Shown here one piece after another: positions 61,913-64,000 of a stretch of DNA of 64,000 bases. The notes beneath the pieces are model-generated. The model did not search any database and was not told where the DNA came from. It was given only the letters and a program-made list of their open reading frames with translations. The stretch covers positions 576,001 to 640,000 of the forward strand of contig CP010425.1 of NCBI GenBank assembly GCA_000830295.1, given 5' to 3'. Numbering within the stretch: the first letter of the stretch is position 1; each line of letters opens with the position of its first letter. This stretch comes from an archaeon GW2011_AR15. GTDB lineage: Archaea > Nanobdellota > Nanobdellia > Woesearchaeales > GW2011-AR15. The position numbers were made by a program, and so were the translations under genes.

Positions 61913-62203
61913 ATGAGAAAGGCACAGTCAATTTCCATAAACACGATTGTTGTTGCAGCAATAGCTCTGATAGTTCTTGTAGTCCTGATTGCCATATTCG
62001 GCGGCAGGATAAGGAATTTCGGAGAGGATAGTCGAAGCTGCCAGAGCCAGGGCGGTGTTGGATGCTTTGAATCATGTGATTCAGATACGCTCGTAGCTGC
62101 AGGAAATCAGCCCGGAATCTATACAAACCTTCCTGGAACAGATTGTGAAGACCAGGGAGAGAATGATAAGTGCTGCGTTCTTGTAGTGCCTACAGGCGGA
62201 TAA
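61913..62203 (+). CDS. Small pilin-like protein with 6-Cys head (tandem paralog)
   Basis: MRKAQ-SISINTIVVAAIAL; CQSQGGVGC..C..C..CC. Confidence 0.8.
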   Translation: MRKAQSISINTIVVAAIALIVLVVLIAIFGGRIRNFGEDSRSCQSQGGVGCFESCDSDTLVAAGNQPGIYTNLPGTDCEDQGENDKCCVLVVPTGG

Positions 62204-62271
62204 GATATTTTCTGATTTTTTCTCTGCATTGTAACGAAAAGAATATAAACCTGAGTCCCGATTATAAGCAC

Positions 62272-62388
62272 ATGAACTCAAGAGGTGAAACTGGGGAGGG
62301 CGCCAGGCCAATAATTGTCATTATAGCAGTTGTGATATTGCTGTTGTCCCTGGTAGTGGCAGTCGTGAATATTTTTACACATATCTAA
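62272..62388 (+). CDS. 38-aa pilin-like micro-protein
   Basis: MNSRG-ETGEGARPIIVIIAVVILLL; abuts the next gene. Confidence 0.55.
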   Translation: MNSRGETGEGARPIIVIIAVVILLLSLVVAVVNIFTHI

Positions 62389-62389
62389 A

Positions 62390-63271
62390 ATGAACAAGAA
62401 AGCTTTTAATACTATGATGATGAGTCTCATTCTTGGGATAGTACTTCTTGTATTCGCTATTGGTCTTGTGGACAAGATATTTAAGCCTCTTGATGAAGAG
62501 ATAATAAGCAAGAATTGCTGGGAATCCGTGCTCTTCAATGCAGAAAGGAGAGTGCCTGGAATAGAAGCCCAGACAGTTGCTGTGAAATGCCCGACAAAAT
62601 ACATAACAATACACATGCAGGGCTCGAAGCAGGAATATGAGGAGTCACCCTCAACAGAGAATGAGCCGTTCAAGCTCCCTGATATACAGTTCAAGGATGA
62701 AGATAAGAAAGCATGCGAAGATTCTGATGATGAGGACGCATGTATATTCAGGAATGTGAACAAGGTAATGGCCGATGAAATAGTAAGGTGCTGGAATAAT
62801 TTCCACAGGGGGCAGAAAAGGGTTTTCAGCCTCTATAAGCCTGACCAGACCCAGTGCGTTGTCTGCTCAGTCATCCTGTTCGACAGCGAGATGGTGGAAG
62901 AATATGGGGAAATCGGGCCAATAGGATTCCAGCAGCCGGAGGATGAGCATTACAGCCTTGACCTCTACATGAGGAACAACAACAACCTGAAGTATACAGG
63001 AGAAGAGAATTACTACAAATATTCCCTTGACCTCGTTGATGAGTATTTTGACCTGCCTTACTACGATTACAGCACCAACACGGAATATGCTGTTGTCTTT
63101 GCAGCATTAAACAAGGAAAGGATAAGCGGCATGACAGACAATGCATGGGAAATCATAAAAGCCGCATTCACAAATTATGTCCCGCCTGAGGAAGAGGAAG
63201 GGAATTTCATAAATACACTGCACTTTATACCAAACGAGGAGGTCCCGCTGACATGCGACACATGGGGATGA
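62390..63271 (+). CDS. Class III signal peptide protein
   Basis: MNKKA-FNTMMMSLILGIVLL; ADEIVRCW..CVVCS. Confidence 0.75.
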   Translation: MNKKAFNTMMMSLILGIVLLVFAIGLVDKIFKPLDEEIISKNCWESVLFNAERRVPGIEAQTVAVKCPTKYITIHMQGSKQEYEESPSTENEPFKLPDIQFKDEDKKACEDSDDEDACIFRNVNKVMADEIVRCWNNFHRGQKRVFSLYKPDQTQCVVCSVILFDSEMVEEYGEIGPIGFQQPEDEHYSLDLYMRNNNNLKYTGEENYYKYSLDLVDEYFDLPYYDYSTNTEYAVVFAALNKERISGMTDNAWEIIKAAFTNYVPPEEEEGNFINTLHFIPNEEVPLTCDTWG

Positions 63272-63405
63272 ACAGAAAGGGATTTGAATTCACAGTGGCG
63301 CTGTGGATAATATTCTTCCTCATAGTCCTTGTAATCCTGCTTTTATTTTCAAAAAGCATATTCGGCTGGATAGGGACGGCAGTTGACAAGATATTCGGGT
63401 TTTAG
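63268..63405 (+). CDS. 45-aa pilin-like micro-protein
   Basis: MNRKG-FEFTVALWIIFFLIVLVILL; ATGA overlap with the previous stop. Confidence 0.65.
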   Translation: MNRKGFEFTVALWIIFFLIVLVILLLFSKSIFGWIGTAVDKIFGF

Positions 63406-63408
63406 AAG

Positions 63409-64000
63409 ATGGCAGACATAACATTCGGGCCAATAGTAAAAGGCGTGGTGGGCATAGTCCTGGTTGTGGCATCAATAGCCATAGTAATAAGCCTTTTCAA
63501 TCCTCTGGCAGGCCAGATATTCGGTTTCTTCAAGGATGTGCTCAATTTTGACCCTATCCCTTTTACAGGAGACAGGGAGGAAATAACTACTGCAACTGCA
63601 TCCGTGCATGCTCTTTTGTGGTCTATAAACAAGGTCGCATGGTATGACACATATCAGAACAAGAGGGGTGATGAGGCGCTTTTTGAGAGGATAGCTTCTG
63701 AGAGGAAGGTTTTCATGGGCACGACAGCAGGCCCTATACTTGATTTTGGGGAGGAAATCCCGTTATCATCGGGCAGCGAGGTTGAGCAGCTGGTCATAGG
63801 CACAATAGACTGCTGGAAGATACTTCAGGCAGGAGAGAAAAATTCAGCATGCTTCATTTACGATTTTTCAGGCTCATCAGCAGAAATAACTGTGCAGCAG
63901 TTCCATGACTTCGGCGCCAAGTACCATAAAGACCATAACTGTGATAAGGAATGCCAGGAGATTTCCAAAAATGTGTTCGGTGGAGGTTTGTTCAACTGGG
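63409..64000 (+). CDS. Membrane-anchored hypothetical protein, truncated by the window edge
   Basis: MADITFGPIVKGVVGIVLVV..IDCWK..ACF; open to the edge. Confidence 0.7.
   Translation, partial: MADITFGPIVKGVVGIVLVVASIAIVISLFNPLAGQIFGFFKDVLNFDPIPFTGDREEITTATASVHALLWSINKVAWYDTYQNKRGDEALFERIASERKVFMGTTAGPILDFGEEIPLSSGSEVEQLVIGTIDCWKILQAGEKNSACFIYDFSGSSAEITVQQFHDFGAKYHKDHNCDKECQEISKNVFGGGLFNW

Overview
64 kb of an archaeal chromosome, most likely DPANN/Woesearchaeota-like. This is inferred from GatE, PCNA, aMBF1, an ATP-dependent ligase, intron-containing tRNAs, many class III signal peptide proteins and little central metabolism. Housekeeping genes: alaX, gatE, lig, pyrG, gyrA, ogg, rnj, pcn, RNA methyltransferases and an ABC exporter. 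Accessory content: an AT-rich glycan/radical-SAM cluster (4.8-13.3 kb), a GT-C/glycoside hydrolase fusion at the left edge, three very large surface proteins, and a type IV pilin-like array at the right edge. Five tRNA genes are present (Trp, Thr, Arg, Gly, Leu; four with introns). The main unexplained signal is a family of about 60-85 bp non-coding two-hairpin elements (hairpin 1 - linker, usually AAACA - hairpin 2 with a TCGCT..GCTC loop - often an A-rich end). At least 8 copies occur at four of the five tRNA genes and at a pilin-like gene; the fifth tRNA (Leu) has a shorter hairpin insert with the same layout. The copies sit at gene ends with 16-34 bp duplications that leave the gene intact, and one copy forms the tRNA-Gly intron. 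A second signal: the tRNA-Leu(CAA) and tRNA-Trp introns share a minimal C'/D'-box guide that predicts 2'-O-methylation of their own C34.
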